Of a DNA stretch of 64,000 nucleotides, positions 27,781 to 41,000 are shown piece by piece. Origin of the DNA: Gammaproteobacteria bacterium. Its GTDB lineage: Bacteria; Pseudomonadota; Gammaproteobacteria; JABABF01. A model generated the notes under the pieces. It was given only the letters and a program-made list of their open reading frames with translations, searched no databases and was not told where the DNA came from. The position numbers were made by a program, and so were the translations under genes. Within the stretch, counting starts at the first letter, position 1, and every line of letters begins with the position of its first letter. Location: the NCBI GenBank assembly GCA_965237805.1, contig OZ250153.1:1568001-1632000 (forward strand). Reading direction: 5' to 3'.

Positions 27781-27812
27781 CGGTAGACGCGGGCGAAGAG
27801 GGCGGTAGTTTG
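27781..27812 (+). promoter_or_regulatory. Candidate ops/JUMPstart-like element (RfaH-type antitermination site)
   Basis: GGCGGTAGttTG at 27801-27812 matches the ops consensus GGCGGTAGnnTG. A second GGTAG lies 22 nt upstream (27782). It is intergenic and points toward trmJ and the giant gene. Confidence 0.3.
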
Positions 27813-27909
27813 GTGCTTCCCGCAAGCCGCTCCGCATTGTTGCTCGCCCCTTTCAGCGTGGCTAATGATAGCATTTTCAGCTGTGCAACCAAATATGGAG
27901 CCCAGAGCC

Positions 27910-28674
27910 ATGTCGATGTCGCCCCTCTCGCACTTGCGTGTTGTGCTGATCGAGCCCTCCCACCCGGGCAATATCGGCGCAGCAGCCCGCGCACTGGCCA
28001 ATATGGGCCTTGAGCATTTGGTGTTGGTCGCGCCGCGCTGCGCCGTCGACGACGAGGCGCGCGCACGTGCGGCGGGTGGCGCATCCTTGCTGGAGCGGGC
28101 GCGCTTGGTCCCCAGCCTAGATGAGGCGCTGAGCGGTTGCCGGCTGTTGATCGGTGTCAGCGCACGGCAGCGCAGTCTGGCGTGGCCACGGTGGTCGCCG
28201 CGCGAAGCCGCTGGCCATGCCATCGCCGCGGCCACTGGCGCTGAGGTAGCGCTGCTGTTCGGGCGCGAGGACTGCGGCCTGAACAACGCGGAATTGCAGC
28301 GCTGCCACGCTCAACTCCAGATTCCCAGCGATCCCGACTGCCCCTCGTTGAATTTGGCGATGGCGGTGTTGTTGGTCAGCTACGAGTTGCGGCTGGCGGT
28401 GCTGGCTGCCACCGGGTCGCCGCCGCCCGCCCCACTGCTGGAAGATGCGGCTACCGCCGAGCAGATTGCTGGCTTCCACCGCCACTTGGAGCAGACTTTG
28501 GTGCAGCTCGGCTGCTTGAATCCCGCTGCGCCGCGCCAGCTGCTGGCTCGCATCAAACGGCTCTTCGCCCGCACTGGGCTGGACTGCACAGAAGTCGGCA
28601 TCCTCCGCGGCCTGCTGAGCGCCGTGCAACGCAGCGCTGGCGGCGGTTCCTCGCCAGAGCGGCTGGGGCGATAG
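27910..28674 (+). CDS. trmJ: tRNA (C32/U32)-2'-O-methyltransferase, SPOUT family
   Basis: VVLIEPSHPGNIGAAARA, LLFGRED.GLNN.EL, SLNLAMAV, EVGILRG. Divergent from suhB; GGAG RBS upstream. Confidence 0.93.
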   Translation: MSMSPLSHLRVVLIEPSHPGNIGAAARALANMGLEHLVLVAPRCAVDDEARARAAGGASLLERARLVPSLDEALSGCRLLIGVSARQRSLAWPRWSPREAAGHAIAAATGAEVALLFGREDCGLNNAELQRCHAQLQIPSDPDCPSLNLAMAVLLVSYELRLAVLAATGSPPPAPLLEDAATAEQIAGFHRHLEQTLVQLGCLNPAAPRQLLARIKRLFARTGLDCTEVGILRGLLSAVQRSAGGGSSPERLGR

Positions 28675-29020
28675 GCCACAGCTGATTTGGGGTGCCTGTG
28701 CGCACTGCCTCGCCGCCCCAGCGCTTGCCCCATAAATGGCCATCTGTTAGACTAGAGCAATGTATGCTTACGATGCGTAGTGTGGCCACGAGCGATGTTT
28801 CTCGCGTGCTCCGCTCTCTGCAACAGCCGAGTTGATCGCGATGCGAACGGCAGCTGCTTTGTCTTTTGTTGTGGCGCTCAGGTGGCGAGTGGGTCGCTGT
28901 GGCATAAATCAACAATTATTTGCGCATTGCATACATGACAGCTAGCAGGTTACGAGGCTCCCCTTTGGCTTTTGCAGCTGGGCGGGAGCCACGGCACAGA
29001 TTGGTTTTGGAGAATGGACC

Positions 29021-32000
29021 ATGAGATTGAAGCAGTTTGCTAAGCCGAAGTGGGTGGGGGTCAGTTCGCATTCGCAACTGAGTGCGGCTTCCCCGCGACG
29101 CGCCCGCGTCGGTCTGAGTTTGTTGTGGCGCTGCTGTTCGTCACCAAAGCGAGTGTTTTTCAGCGGCCTGTTATTGCTGGCAGCGCTGTATTCCGCTGTG
29201 GTTGCGCCCATCGCCGATGCCGCGACGACCGCGTCCTATCAAGGCGTGGTGTTGCCCTATGCGGATACGCCGGACTTCGAGGGAGCGGACGGGCTCATTG
29301 GCCAGACTTCCAATGCCCAGTCCGTGACGCTGCCCAGCGGCACCGCTGCCAGCTACCAAGTGGCCGAGAACAGCAGCTTTTCGCTGACCATTGGCTTTCG
29401 CATGACAGCCATCTCCCCCGAACCCACGACGATGACTGGCGAGATCAGATCTCTGACTTTCGAGCTGGTCTATTCCTCCGACAGCCGCTTCGTGTTTGAG
29501 GGCCATGAAATCCTTGACAGCGCTGCCGTCAATACTGGTGATAGCTGGGAGGACTACAGTGATCTCACTGTCTCTGAAGAGACTGGTAACGGCGGTAGCA
29601 CTAGCGGGATTACCATCTCGGCCGCGGTGACTGGCAGTGACGAGACCAGCATCCTCTGCGGTAAATTTTGCCTGTGGCCTGCTTTGGTGCGGCTCAACTT
29701 CTCCGTCGGTGCGCTCGACAGTGCGTCTGAGGAGCTGGATTTTGATTTACAGAGCCGCGTGCTATCTGTCGTCCACACCTACGGCGACTCCCCCGAGATC
29801 AGCTATCTCAGCAGCACCGCTGCCTTGGTGGTCACGCGGCCGACCGTTCTGCGTCTGCGCGATCTGTCCGACCCCTTGCTGGTGTCTGCTGAGGAGTTTG
29901 TTCGCGTCGAGGCAGCACTGGACAGCGACGGGGATGCACTCTACGGCGCCCCCAGCATTGGCGACTTTACTGTCTCTTTGACTGCGACATCGACCGTTTC
30001 ACTTGCTCCCAGCACCGCCAGCGGCGACAGCTTCAGCTTGGAGGTGCTGACAGCGACTGACGGCGAGCAGGCTTTGTTGACATTCACCGACAACGATCGT
30101 GCTCTCAGCGCCACGGCGACGGTGACACTGGATGTGGTGGCGACGGCGCTGACGGTATCGGCGCCGTCGACGGTGACATCGGGCGTGATCTTTGCGCTGA
30201 CGGTGACGGGGATGGACAGCAATAGCAATGAGGACACGGCCTACAGCCGGTCGGCGGCGACGACGGTGACGGCTTCGGCGGGGACGCTGGTGGTGGAGTC
30301 GAGCACGGCGAGCAGTATTGATCTGCGTTTGAGCGAGGTGACGGACGGCGATACGGTAACGCTGACGGTGACGGATGGCAGCGTGTCGGGCACGGCTGAT
30401 GTGGCGGTGAATGTGGTGGCGACAGCGCTGACGGTGAGTGCTTCACCGGATCCGGTGGTGTCGGGTCAGTCCTTCACGCTGACGGTGACGGGAGTCGATG
30501 CTGATGGCGCGACGGACACGGGCTACAGCCGGTCGGCGGCGACGACGGTGACGGCTTCGGTGGGGACGCTGGTGGAGGAGTCGAGTACAGCGACCAGTAT
30601 TGATCTGCGTTTGAGCGAGGTGGCGGACGGCGCTGATGTGACGCTGACGGTGACGGATGGCAGCGTGTCGGGCACGGCAGCTGTGACGGTGAATGTGGTG
30701 GCGACAGCGCTGACGGTGAGTGCTTCACCGGATCCGGTGGTGTCGGGTCAGTCCTTCACGCTGACGGTGACGGGAGTCGATGCCGATGGCGCGACGGACA
30801 CGGGCTACAGCCGGTCGGCGGCGACGACGGTGACGGCTTCGGTGGGGACGCTGGTGGAGGAGTCGAGTACAGCGACCAGTATTGATCTGCGTTTGAGCGA
30901 GGTGGCGGACGGCGCTGATGTGACGCTGACGGTGACGGATGGCAGCGTGTCGGGCACGGCAGCTGTGACGGTGAATGTGGTGGCGACAGCGCTGACGGTG
31001 AGTGCTTCACCGGATCCGGTGGTGTCGGGTCAGTCCTTCACGCTGACGGTGACGGGAGTCGATGCTGATGGCGCGACGGACACGGGCTACAGCCGGTCGG
31101 CGGCGACGACGGTGACGGCTTCGGTGGGGACGCTGGTGGAGGAGTCGAGTACAGCGACCAGTATTGATCTGCGTTTGAGCGAGGTGGCGGACGGCGCTGA
31201 TGTGACGCTGACGGTGACGGATGGCAGCGTGTCGGGCACGGCAGCTGTGACGGTGAATGTGGTGGCGACAGCGCTGACGGTGAGTGCTTCACCGGATCCG
31301 GTGGTGTCGGGTCAGTCCTTCACGCTGACGGTGACGGGAGTCGATGCCGATGGCGCGACGGACACGGGCTACAGCCGGTCGGCGGCGACGACGGTGACGG
31401 CTTCGGTGGGGACGCTGGTGGAGGAGTCGAGCACGGCGACCAGTATTGATCTGCGTTTGAGCGAGGTGGCGGACGGCGCTGATGTGACGCTGACGGATGG
31501 CAGTGAGCTGTGACGGTGAATGTGGTGGCGACAGCGCTGACGGTGAGTGCTTCACCGGATCCGGTGGTGTCGGGTCACGGACGGTGACGGGAGTCGATGC
31601 CGATGGCGCGACGGACACGGGCTACAGCCGGTCGGCGTGGCTTCGGTGGGGACGCTGGTGGAGGAGTCGAGCACGGCGACCAGTATTGATCTGCGTTTGA
31701 GCGAGGTGGCGGACGGCGCTGATGTGACGCTGACGGTGACAGATGGCAGCGTGTCGGGCACGGCAGCTGTGACGGTGAATGTGGTGGCGACAGCGCTGAC
31801 GGTGAGTGCTTCACCGGATCCGGTGGTGTCGGGTCAGTCCTTCACGCTGACGGTGACGGGAGTCGATGCCGATGGCGCGACGGACACGGGCTACAGCCGG
31901 TCGGCGGCGACGACGGTGACGGCTTCGGTGGGGACGCTGGTGGAGGAGTCGAGTACAGCGACCAGTATTGATCTGCGTTTGAGCGAGGTGGCGGACGCGC

Positions 32001-35000
32001 TGATGTGACGCTGACGGTGACGGATGGCAGCGTGTCGGGCACGGCAGCTGTGACGGTGAATGTGGTGGCGACAGCGCTGACGGTGAGTGCTTCACCGGAT
32101 CCGGTGGTGTCGGGTCAGTCCTTCACGCTGACGGTGACGGGAGTCGATGCTGATGGCGCGACGGACACGGGCTACAGCCGGTCGGCGGCGACGACGGTGA
32201 CGGCTTCGGTGGGGACGCTGGTGGAGGAGTCGAGCACGGCGACCAGTATTGATCTGCGTTTGAGCGAGGTGGCGGACGGCGCTGATGTGACGCTGACGGT
32301 GACGGATGGCAGCGTGTCGGGCACGGCAGCTGTGACGGTGAATGTGGTGGCGACAGCGCTGACGGTGAGTGCTTCACCGGATCCGGTGGTGTCGGGTCAG
32401 TCCTTCACGCTGACGGTGACGGGAGTCGATGCCGATGGCGCGACGGACACGGGCTACAGCCGGTCGGCGGCGACGACGGTGACGGCTTCGGTGGGGACGC
32501 TGGTGGAGGAGTCGAGTACAGCGACCAGTATTGATCTGCGTTTGAGCGAGGTGGCGGACGGCGCTGATGTGACGCTGACGGTGACGGATGGCAGCGTGTC
32601 GGGCACGGCAGCTGTGACGGTGAATGTGGTGGCGACAGCGCTGACGGTGAGTGCTTCACCGGATCCGGTGGTGTCGGGTCAGTCCTTCACGCTGACGGTG
32701 ACGGGAGTCGATGCTGATGGCGCGACGGACACGGGCTACAGCCGGTCGGCGGCGACGACGGTGACGGCTTCGGTGGGGACGCTGGTGGAGGAGTCGAGCA
32801 CGGCGACCAGTATTGATCTGCGTTTGAGCGAGGTGGCGGACGGCGCTGATGTGACGCTGACGGTGACGGATGGCAGCGTGTCGGGCACGGCAGCTGTGAC
32901 GGTGAATGTGGTGGCGACAGCGCTGACGGTGAGTGCTTCACCGGATCCGGTGGTGTCGGGTCAGTCCTTCACGCTGACGGTGACGGGAGTCGATGCCGAT
33001 GGCGCGACGGACACGGGCTACAGCCGGTCGGCGGCGACGACGGTGACGGCTTCGGCGGGGACGCTGGTGGAGGAGTCGAGCACGGCGACCAGTATTGATC
33101 TGCGTTTGAGCGAGGTGGCGGACGGCGCTGATGTGACGCTGACGGTGACGGATGGCAGCGTGTCGGGCACGGCAGCTGTGACGGTGAATGTGGTGGCGAC
33201 AGCGCTGACGGTGAGTGCTTCACCGGATCCGGTGGTGTCGGGTCAGTCCTTCACGCTGACGGTGACGGGAGTCGATGCCGATGGCGCGACGGACACGGGC
33301 TACAGCCGGTCGGCGGCGACGACGGTGACGGCTTCGGTGGGGACGCTGGTGGAGGAGTCGAGCACGGCGACCAGTATTGATCTGCGTTTGAGCGAGGTGG
33401 CGGACGGCGCTGATGTGACGCTGACGGTGACAGATGGCAGCGTGTCGGGCACGGCAGCTGTGACGGTGAATGTGGTGGCGACGGCGCTGTCGCTGAGCGC
33501 CTCAGTGGAGCCGGTGTTATCTGATCGCAGCTTCCTGCTGACGGTTGCTGGGGTGGATGCGGATGGCGCGACGGACACGGGCTACAGCCTGTCGGCGATG
33601 GCCACGGTGACGGCGTCGGCGGGGACGCTGGTAGAGGATTCGCGCGCGGGGCAGGTCATTGGCCTGAGTTTGAGTGGCTTGGCCGCTGGCTCGACGGCAC
33701 TGCTGACGGTGATCGACGATGGCTTGGAGGGTCAGCTCGAGCTGACAGTGGCGGCGGTGGCGGTGGTCTCCTTGGATGTGGCTGCACCTGAGACGGTGGT
33801 GTCTGGGGCGGCGTTCACGGTGACAGTGACGGCCCGCGATGCCAATGCTGTGGTGATTTCGGATGCGGATCTGTCGGCGGCGACGGCGGCCGTGTCGGTC
33901 GGGACGCTGTCGGCGTTCTCGCTGAGCGGGAACAACACACTGAGTATGGAGTTGCGAGCTGTGCCGGATGACACGACATCGACGCTGACGGTGAGCTTGG
34001 GCTCAGTCAGCAGTACGGACACGGTGACGGTGGATGTGGTGGCGACGGTGCTGACGGTCTCGGCACCGGAGACGGTGGTCTCTAGTCAGACCTTCACGCT
34101 GACGGTGACGGGAGTCGATGCCGATAGCGCGACGGACACGGGCTACAGCCGGTCGGTGACGGCAATGGTGACGGCTTCGGCGGGGACGCTGGTGGAGGAG
34201 TCGAGTACAGCGACCAGTATTGATCTGCGTTTGAGCGAGGTGGCGGACGGCGCTGATGTGACGCTGACGGTGACAGATGGCAGCGTGTCTGGCACGGCAG
34301 CTGTGACGGTGAATGTGGTGGCGACAGCGCTGACGGTGAGTGCTTCACCGGATCCGGTGGTGTCGGGTCAGTCCTTCACGCTGACGGTGACGGGAGTCGA
34401 TGCCGATGGCGCGACGGACACGGGCTACAGCCGGTCGGCGGCGACGACGGTGACGGCTTCGGCGGGGACGCTGGTGGAGGAGTCGAGCACGGCGACCAGT
34501 ATTGATCTGCGTTTGAGCGAGGTGGCGGACGGCGCTGATGTGACGCTGACGGTGACAGATGGCAGCGTGTCGGGCACGGCAGCTGTGACGGTGAATGTGG
34601 TGGCGACAGCGCTGACGGTGAGTGCTTCACCGGATCCGGTGGTGTCGGGTCAGTCCTTCACGCTGACGGTGACGGGAGTCGATGCCGATGGCGCGACGGA
34701 CACGGGCTACAGCCGGTCGGCGGCGACGACGGTGACGGCTTCGGTGGGGACGCTGGTGGAGGAGTCGAGTACAGCGACCAGTATTGATCTGCGTTTGAGC
34801 GAGGTGGCGGACGGCGCTGATGTGACGCTGACGGTGACGGATGGCAGCGTGTCGGGCACGGCAGCTGTGACGGTGAATGTGGTGGCGACGGCGCTGGCGC
34901 TGAGCGCCTCAGTGGAGCCGGTGTTATCTGATCGCAGCTTCCTGCTGACGGTTGCTGGGGTCGATGCGGATGGCGCGACTGATACGGCCTACAGCCTGTC

Positions 35001-38000
35001 GGCGACGGCAATGGTGACGGCGTCGGCGGGGACGCTGGTAGAGGATTCGCGCGCGGGGCAGGTCATTGGCCTGAGTTTGAGTGGCTTGGCCGCTGGCTCG
35101 ACGGTACTGCTGACGGTGATCGACGATGGCTTGGAGGGTGAGCTCGAGCTGACAGTGGCGGCGGTGGCGGTGGTCTCCTTGGATGTGGCTGCACCTGAGA
35201 CGGTGGTGTCTGGGGCGGCGTTCACGGTGACAGTGACGGCCCGCGATGCCAATGCTGTGGTGATTTCGGATGCGGATCTGTCGGCGGCGACGGCGGCTGT
35301 GTCGGTCGGGACGCTGTCGGCGTTCTCGCTGAGCGGGAACAACACACTGAGTATGGAGTTGCGAGCTGTGCCGGACGACACGACATCGACGCTGACGGTG
35401 AGCTTGGGCTCAGTCAGCAGTACGGACACGGTGACGGTGGATGTGGTGGCGACGGTGCTGACGGTCTCGGCACCGGAGACGGTGGTCTCTAGTCAGACCT
35501 TCACGCTGACGGTGACGGGAGTCGATGCCGATAGCGCGACGGACACGGGCTACAGCCGGTCGGTGACGGCAATGGTGACGGCTTCGGCGGGGACGCTGGT
35601 GGAGGAGTCGAGTACAGCGACCAGTATTGATCTGCGTTTGAGCGAGGTGGCGGACGGCGCTGATGTGACGCTGACGGTGACAGATGGCAGCGTGTCTGGC
35701 ACGGCAGCTGTGACGGTGAATGTGGTGGCGACAGCGCTGACGGTGAGTGCTTCACCGGATCCGGTGGTGTCGGGTCAGTCCTTCACGCTGACGGTGACGG
35801 GAGTCGATGCCGATGGCGCGACGGACACGGGCTACAGCCGGTCGGCGGCGACGACGGTGACGGCTTCGGCGGGGACGCTGGTGGAGGAGTCGAGCACGGC
35901 GACCAGTATTGATCTGCGTTTGAGCGAGGTGGCGGACGGCGCTGATGTGACGCTGACGGTGACAGATGGCAGCGTGTCGGGCACGGCAGCTGTGACGGTG
36001 AATGTGGTGGCGACAGCGCTGACGGTGAGTGCTTCACCGGATCCGGTGGTGTCGGGTCAGTCCTTCACGCTGACGGTGACGGGAGTCGATGCCGATGGCG
36101 CGACGGACACGGGCTACAGCCGGTCGGCGGCGACGACGGTGACGGCTTCGGTGGGGACGCTGGTGGAGGAGTCGAGTACAGCGACCAGTATTGATCTGCG
36201 TTTGAGCGAGGTGGCGGACGGCGCTGATGTGACGCTGACGGTGACGGATGGCAGCGTGTCGGGCACGGCAGCTGTGACGGTGAATGTGGTGGCGACGGCG
36301 CTGTCGCTGAGCGCCTCAGTGGAGCCGGTGTTATCTGATCGCAGCTTCCTGCTGACGGTTGCTGGGGTGGATGCGGATGGCGCGACGGACACGGGCTACA
36401 GCCTGTCGGCGATGGCCACGGTGACGGCGTCGGCGGGGACGCTGGTAGAGGATTCGCGCGCGGGGCAGGTCATTGGCCTGAGTTTGAGTGGCTTGGCCGC
36501 TGGCTCGACGGCACTGCTGACGGTGATCGACGATGGCTTGGAGGGTCAGCTCGAGCTGACAGTGGCGGCGGTGGCGGTGGTCTCCTTGGATGTGGCTGCA
36601 CCTGAGACGGTGGTGTCTGGGGCGGCGTTCACGGTGACAGTGACGGCCCGTGATGCCAATGCTGTGGTGATTTCGGATGCGGATCTGTCGGCGGCGACGG
36701 CGGCTGTGTCGGTCGGGACGCTGTCGGCGTTCTCGCTGAGCGGGAACAACACACTGAGTATGGAGTTGCGAGCTGTGCCGGATGACACGACATCGACGCT
36801 GACGGTGAGCTTGGGCTCAGTCAGCAGTACGGACACGGTGACGGTGGATGTGGTGGCGACGGTGCTGACGGTCTCGGCACCGGAGACGGTGGTCTCTAGT
36901 CAGACCTTCACGCTGACGGTGACGGGAGTCGATGCCGATAGCGCGACGGACACGGGCTACAGCCGGTCGGTGACGGCAATGGTGACGGCTTCGGCGGGGA
37001 CGCTGGTGGAGGAGTCGAGTACAGCGACCAGTATTGATCTGCGTTTGAGCGAGGTGGCGGACGGCGCTGATGTGACGCTGACGGTGACAGATGGCAGCGT
37101 GTCTGGCACGGCAGCTGTGACGGTGAATGTGGTGGCGACAGCGCTGACGGTGAGTGCTTCACCGGATCCGGTGGTGTCGGGTCAGTCCTTCACGCTGACG
37201 GTGACGGGAGTCGATGCTGATGGCGCGACGGACACGGGCTACAGCCGGTCGGCGGCGACGACGGTGACGGCTTCGGTGGGGACGCTGGTGGAGGAGTCGA
37301 GCACGGCGACCAGTATTGATCTGCGTTTGAGCGAGGTGGCGGACGGCGCTGATGTGACGCTGACGGTGACGGATGGCAGCGTGTCTGGCACGGCAGCTGT
37401 GACGGTGAATGTGGTGGCGACAGCGCTGACGGTGAGTGCTTCACCGGATCCGGTGGTGTCGGGTCAGTCCTTCACGCTGACGGTGACGGGAGTCGATGCC
37501 GATGGCGCGACGGACACGGGCTACAGCCGGTCGGCGGCGACGACGGTGACGGCTTCGGTGGGGACGCTGGTGGAGGAGTCGAGTACAGCGACCAGTATTG
37601 ATCTGCGTTTGAGCGAGGTGGCGGACGGCGCTGATGTGACGCTGACGGTGACGGATGGCAGCGTGTCGGGCACGGCAGCTGTGACGGTGAATGTGGTGGC
37701 GACAGCGCTGACGGTGAGTGCTTCACCGGATCCGGTGGTGTCGGGTCAGTCCTTCACGCTGACGGTGACGGGAGTCGATGCTGATGGCGCGACGGACACG
37801 GGCTACAGCCGGTCGGCGGCGACGACGGTGACGGCTTCGGTGGGGACGCTGGTGGAGGAGTCGAGCACGGCGACCAGTATTGATCTGCGTTTGAGCGAGG
37901 TGGCGGACGGCGCTGATGTGACGCTGACGGTGACGGATGGCAGCGTGTCGGGCACGGCAGCTGTGACGGTGAATGTGGTGGCGACGGTGCTGACGGTCTC

Positions 38001-41000
38001 GGCACCGGAGACGGTGGTCTCTAGTCAGACCTTCACGCTGACGGTGACGGGAGTCGATGCCGATGGCGCGACGGACACGGGCTACAGCCGGTCGGCGGCG
38101 ACGACGGTGACGGCTTCGGTGGGGACGCTGGTGGAGGAGTCGAGCACGGCGACCAGTATTGATCTGCGTTTGAGCGAGGTGGCGGACGGCGCTGATGTGA
38201 CGCTGACGGTGACGGATGGCAGCGTGTCGGGCACGGCAGCTGTGACGGTGAATGTGGTGGCGACAGCGCTGACGGTGAGTGCTTCACCGGATCCGGTGGT
38301 GTCGGGTCAGTCCTTCACGCTGACGGTGACGGGAGTCGATGCCGATGGCGCGACGGACACGGGCTACAGCCGGTCGGCGGCGACGACGGTGACGGCTTCG
38401 GTGGGGACGCTGGTGGAGGAGTCGAGCACGGCGACCAGTATTGATCTGCGTTTGAGCGAGGTGGCGGACGGCGCTGATGTGACGCTGACGGTGACAGATG
38501 GCAGCGTGTCGGGCACGGCAGCTGTGACGGTGAATGTGGTGGCGACAGCGCTGACGGTGAGTGCTTCACCGGATCCGGTGGTGTTGGGTCAGTCCTTCAC
38601 GCTGACGGTGACGGGAGTCGATGCCGATGGCGCGACGGACACGGGCTACAGCCGGTCGGCGGCGACGACGGTGACGGCTTCGGTGGGGACGCTGGTGGAG
38701 GAGTCGAGTACAGCGACCAGTATTGATCTGCGTTTGAGCGAGGTGGCGGACGGCGCTGATGTGACGCTGACGGTGACGGATGGCAGCGTGTCGGGCACGG
38801 CAGCTGTGACGGTGAATGTGGTGGCGACGGCGCTGGCGCTGAGCGCCTCAGTGGAGCCGGTGTTATCTGATCGCAGCTTCCTGCTGACGGTTGCTGGGGT
38901 GGATGCGGATGGCGCGACTGATACGGCCTACAGCCTGTCGGCGACGGCAATGGTGACGGCGTCGGCGGGGACGCTGGTAGAGGATTCGCGCGCGGGGCAG
39001 GTCATTGGCCTGAGTTTGAGTGGCTTGGCCGCTGGCTCGACGGCGCTGCTGACGGTGATCGACGATGGCTTGGAGGGTCAGCTCGAGCTGACAGTGGCGG
39101 CGGTGGCGGTGGTCTCCTTGGATGTGGCTGCACCTGAGACGGTGGTGTCTGGGGTGGCGTTCACGGTGACAGTGACGGCCCGCGATGCCAATGCTGTGGT
39201 GATTTCGGATGCGGATCTGTCGGCGGCGACGGCGACTGTGTCGGTCGGGACGCTGTCGGAGTTCTCGCTGAGCGGGAACAACACACTGAGTATGGAGTTG
39301 CGAGCTGTGCCGGACGACACGACAGCGATGCTGACGGTGAGTTTGGGCTCAGTCAGCAGTGCGGACACGGTGACGGTGAATGTGGTGGCGACGGTGCTGA
39401 CGGTCTCGGCACCGGAGACGGTGGTCTCTAGTCAGACCTTCACGCTGACGGTGACGGGAGTCGATGCCGATAGCGCGACGGACACGGGCTACAGCCGGTC
39501 GGTGACGGCAATGGTGACGGCTTCGGCGGGGACGCTGGTGGAGGAGTCGAGTACAGCGACCAGTATTGATCTGCGTTTGAGCGAGGTGGCGGACGGCGCT
39601 GATGTGACGCTGACGGTGACGGATGGCAGCGTGTCTGGCACGGCAGCTGTGACGGTGAATGTGGTGGCGACAGCGCTGACGGTGAGTGCTTCACCGGATC
39701 CGGTGGTGTCGGGTCAGTCCTTCACGCTGACGGTGACGGGAGTCGATGCCGATGGCGCGACGGACACGGGCTACAGCCGGTCGGCGGCGACGACGGTGAC
39801 GGCTTCGGCGGGGACGCTGGTGGAGGAGTCGAGCACGGCGACCAGTATTGATCTGCGTTTGAGCGAGGTGGCGGACGGCGCTGATGTGACGCTGACGGTG
39901 ACGGATGGCAGCGTGTCTGGCACGGCAGCTGTGACGGTGAATGTGGTGGCGACAGCGCTGACGGTGAGTGCTTCACCGGATCCGGTGGTGTCGGGTCAGT
40001 CCTTCACGGTGACGGTGATGGGAGTCGATGCAGATGGGGCGGAGGACACGGACTACAGCCTGTCGGCGGGGGCAACGGTGGTGGCTTCGGCGGGGACGCT
40101 GGAGGAGGATTCGCGGACGACGGATGTCTTTACTCTGCGTTTGAACGAGGTGGCGGACGGCACGATGGTGACGCTGACGGTGACGGATGGCAGCGTGTCG
40201 GGCACGGCTGATGTGGCGGTGAATGTGGTGGCGACGGCGCTGGCGCTGAGCGCCTCAGTGGAGCCGGTGTTATCTGATCGCAGCTTCCTGCTGACGGTTG
40301 CTGGGGTGGATGCGGATGGCGCGACTGATACGGACTACAGCCTGTCGGCGACGGCCACGGTGACGGCGTCGGCGGGGACGCTGGTAGAGGATTCGCGCGC
40401 GGGGCAGGTCATTGGCCTGAGTTTGAGTGGCTTGGCCGCTGGCTCGACGGCACTGCTGACGGTGATCGACGATGGCTTGGAGGGTCAGCTCGAGCTGACA
40501 GTGGCGGCGGTGGCGGTGGTCTCCTTGGATGTGGCTGCACCTGAGACGGTGGTGTCTGGGGCGGCGTTCACGGTGACAGTGACGGCCCGTGATGCCAATG
40601 CTGTGGTGATTTCGGATGCGGATCTGTCGGCGGCGACGGCGGCTGTGTCGGTCGGGACGCTGTCGGCGTTCTCGCTGAGCGGGAACAACACACTGAGTAT
40701 GGAGTTGCGAGCTGTGCCGGACGACACGACATCGACGCTGACGGTGAGCTTGGGCTCAGTCAGCAGTACGGACACGGTGACGGTGGATGTGGTGGCGACA
40801 GCGCTGTCGGTAGCGGCACCGGCGACGGTGGTGTCGGGTCAGCTCTTCACGCTGACGGTGACGGGAGTCGATGAGGATGACGCGACGGACACGGGCCACA
40901 GCCTGTCGACGGCGACGGTGTCGGCTGCGCCGGGGGAGATCGCGGATCTGAGTCAGACGGGCAACGAGTTGAGTGTGAGTGTGAGCAGGGCGACGGATGC

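Noticed and set aside
27710-28084. 124-aa N-terminal extension of suhB given in the ORF track
   Set aside because: It overlaps trmJ on the opposite strand, and SuhB homology begins at ATG 27709.
28662-28722. Inverted repeat gctggggcg / cgccccagc after trmJ as a terminator
   Set aside because: The stem is only 9 bp with a ~43-nt loop and no U-tract, so it is not supportable.
30440-33495. Regular tandem repeats considered as a CRISPR array
   Set aside because: The units are 282-bp coding repeats without unique spacers, and there are no cas genes.
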